Shown piece after piece: positions 30,377-32,000 of a DNA stretch of 32,000 bases. The DNA is from a bacterium. Its GTDB lineage: Bacteria; UBP7; UBA6624. The notes under the pieces were generated by a model. The model was not told the DNA's origin, searched no databases, and was given only the letters and a program-made list of their open reading frames with translations. Made by a program: the position numbers and the translations under genes. Position 1 is the first letter of the stretch; every line of letters begins with the position of its first letter. Where the stretch lies: the NCBI GenBank assembly GCA_002716355.1, contig PBAU01000009.1, positions 26,953 through 58,952 on the forward strand, in the 5' to 3' direction.

Positions 30377-31698
30377 AACAACCGATTGACGATAGGCTTT
30401 TGTTGACAAGGTATTTAAAACCTTCCAACTCAGATTACATTTCTTTCAATGTTAATGCTTCATTTTTTAATTTGACTAGAGTGGCTAACAATAGCGTAAC
30501 TCAAAATCTTTCTAGAAACTACAAGACTTTAACTGTTACTTCTTGGACTGGTAAAAAAATTGGTTATTCAACAACAACAGATTTTTCCCAAAGTGGTATA
30601 AAAAAATGCATTAATAATGCTGAATTTATATCAAGTGTTAGTCCTGAAAACGAAGAAGCAATGCCTCCTCTTGAAAACACAATCAGCTCAATTAAGGATA
30701 ATTTTGATCCAAATACTGCATACATGAATGCAAAAGAAAGAGTCTCGCTTATATCGCCTGCCTCGTTTAAAGCGGAAGAAAAAGGAATGAAGCTTGCAGG
30801 AACGGTTTCCTCTGGATGGAATTCACAAATAATCATGAATTCAAAAGGTTTAGATATTTTTTACAAAGAAAGTAAGGGTGGCTTCAGTGGAACTTTAACA
30901 AATCCAGAAGGGGGAACTTTTAGAGTCGCTTCAGAATCCTGTTGGAATCTTCCTAGCTTGAATCCAGAAAAAGCTTTTGACTCCCTTTTTTCAAATATAT
31001 GTATTGGCAATTCAATTGATAAGGATCCTCAAAAATTTAGAGTTTTATTGCTTCCGGAAGCCGTAGGGTCTTTACTTGTATGGCTTTTGGCTCAAAATGA
31101 TTTAAGGTCTGCAGATGAAGGGAGAAGTGCATTTTCAGAAAATGGATTTAAGAAACATTCAGACGGAAGGATATGTTCTAGCGGTGTAAATATTTTATTG
31201 GACCCTCATCACCCTGATTTAAAAACAGCACCTTTTGATCATGAAGGACATCCACTTGAAAAAAGATTCTTAATCCAGGATGGATTTTTAGACCAGTTGA
31301 ATTGTTCTCGTTATTGGGCGAAAAGGAATAACAAAGAGAGTACTGGTTCTTGTTGGAGCATGGTTTTTGAAAGTGATAAAAAGCCATTAGATTTAAATAG
31401 TTTAGCCTCTATAGTTGATGAAGGTCTTTTTGTTCCTAGATTTTGGTATAACAGATATGTAGACCCAATGCAAATGATAATCACAGGACTTACACGAGAT
31501 GGATTAAGAACTATTAGTAAAGGAAAGCTTGGACCCAGGGTTAAGAATTTTAGATTCAATGATTCTCCGTTAAGGGTGTTAAATAATATTGTTGCTGTAG
31601 GAAAGCCTGAACTTGTTTCCCATTGGGGTGTGAGGATGCTCGTTCCACCAATGGTTGTAGATAATTTTAATATGACCAGTGTTGCCCCTGGCGAGTAA
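30373..31698 (+). CDS. pmbA: PmbA/TldE-family partner subunit (no HExxxH)
   Basis: TTGA overlap with the tldD stop (TTG start, GGGAG 7 nt upstream). PmbA_TldD-like length with a C-terminal GxxV.NFRFN-type segment. No metal-binding motif, as expected for TldE. Confidence 0.7.
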   Translation: MKQPIDDRLLLTRYLKPSNSDYISFNVNASFFNLTRVANNSVTQNLSRNYKTLTVTSWTGKKIGYSTTTDFSQSGIKKCINNAEFISSVSPENEEAMPPLENTISSIKDNFDPNTAYMNAKERVSLISPASFKAEEKGMKLAGTVSSGWNSQIIMNSKGLDIFYKESKGGFSGTLTNPEGGTFRVASESCWNLPSLNPEKAFDSLFSNICIGNSIDKDPQKFRVLLLPEAVGSLLVWLLAQNDLRSADEGRSAFSENGFKKHSDGRICSSGVNILLDPHHPDLKTAPFDHEGHPLEKRFLIQDGFLDQLNCSRYWAKRNNKESTGSCWSMVFESDKKPLDLNSLASIVDEGLFVPRFWYNRYVDPMQMIITGLTRDGLRTISKGKLGPRVKNFRFNDSPLRVLNNIVAVGKPELVSHWGVRMLVPPMVVDNFNMTSVAPGE

Positions 31699-31731
31699 GT
31701 GTTTAAGGTATACTTAGGTACATAGTTTTTT

Positions 31732-31737
31732 AGGAGG
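31732..31737 (+). promoter_or_regulatory. Shine-Dalgarno sequence AGGAGG for the repeat-containing ORF
   Basis: AGGAGG lies 4 nt upstream of ATG 31742. Confidence 0.55.
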
Positions 31738-31741
31738 TTTT

Positions 31742-32000
31742 ATGGAAAAAGGAAAGATTTTTTTGCCGATCTGGATGTTCATTTTAATTATTGCAGTATT
31801 CTTTTTTGCGGGTTTCAATTATGGAAAATCAAATGCGCTTAATTCAGTAATTGTTGAAATGACACAAAACCGTCAAATGTTTCCTGGATCTGGATTTGAT
31901 AGAGGTCAAGGTCGACAAATGCCACCACAAGGCGGACCACCACAAGGCGGACCACCACAAGGCGGACCACCACAAGGCGGACCACCACAAGGCGGACCAC
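31742..32000 (+). CDS. Small signal-anchored protein with a Gly/Pro/Gln-rich tail of (PPQGG)n repeats. It is 3'-partial (runs off the window) and is absent from the supplied ORF track.
   Basis: My own translation: MEKGKIFLPIWMFILIIAVFFFAGFNYGKSNALNSVIVEMTQNRQMFPGSGFDRGQGRQM(PPQGG)x5+. It has a strong SD, one TM helix, and no stop before position 32000. Confidence 0.55.
   Translation, partial: MEKGKIFLPIWMFILIIAVFFFAGFNYGKSNALNSVIVEMTQNRQMFPGSGFDRGQGRQMPPQGGPPQGGPPQGGPPQGGPPQGGP
31922..32000 (+). repeat. Perfect 15-bp tandem repeat CCACCACAAGGCGGA, 5 full copies plus a partial sixth, truncated by the window edge
   Basis: Units at 31922-31936, 31937-31951, 31952-31966, 31967-31981 and 31982-31996, then CCAC. 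No mismatches. Confidence 0.95.

Noticed and set aside
31922-32000. The tandem repeat as a CRISPR array or a non-coding satellite.
   Set aside because: The units are contiguous 15-mers with no spacers. They are in frame with an upstream SD and ATG and translate to a clean PPQGG pentapeptide repeat, so this is a coding repeat.

Overview
This is an AT-rich, very gene-dense bacterial chromosomal segment with about 31 protein genes and one tRNA-Asn. Most same-strand junctions are ATGA or TAATG start/stop overlaps, and convergent genes abut with 0-15 nt between them. I saw no transposase, integrase, CRISPR array, rRNA or obvious prophage or defence genes.

Gene content, left to right:
- pabB/pabC (pABA/folate branch) and hflK-hflC.
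- A futalosine-pathway menaquinone locus, mqnA-mqnC.
- A plus-strand block: Sel1-repeat protein, YbjQ, membrane-anchored YbjQ-like protein, SOUL haem-binding protein, SAM methyltransferase.
- A ~9 kb minus-strand operon: ubiD/mqnL, ubiA/mqnP, CBM9-DUF5916 protein, PNGase F-like protein, membrane-anchored Bcp peroxiredoxin, ubiX, mqnE, and probably an EamA transporter.
- An MFS transporter and a xylose-isomerase-like TIM-barrel protein.
- Citrate synthase and a fused formimidoyltransferase-cyclodeaminase, divergent from lhgO, a metallophosphoesterase and a sulfatase.
- tRNA-Asn(GUU), then a Tat-exported PhoX/DUF839-like protein.
- A secreted HExxH peptidase, tldD, pmbA/tldE, and a small membrane-anchored ORF that runs off the window in perfect 15-bp repeats encoding (PPQGG)n.

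The most unusual feature is the three exported-protein genes (DOMON/CBM9-superfamily plus DUF5916, PNGase F-like, periplasm-facing peroxiredoxin). They are joined by overlapping start/stop codons into the middle of the late menaquinone (futalosine) operon. I know of no described function for this arrangement.

Other items worth a second look:
- The only long intergenic spacer (3858-4053) carries three G6 tracts, which are C6 on the transcribed strand.
- The repeat-containing ORF lies downstream of TldD/TldE.
- Divergent intergenic regions carry -10-like boxes only 5-12 nt from start codons, suggesting leaderless or short-leader mRNAs.
- The first transmembrane helix of the EamA gene is encoded upstream of any canonical start codon.

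All functional calls rest on motif recognition by eye and recalled family signatures. No database search was run.
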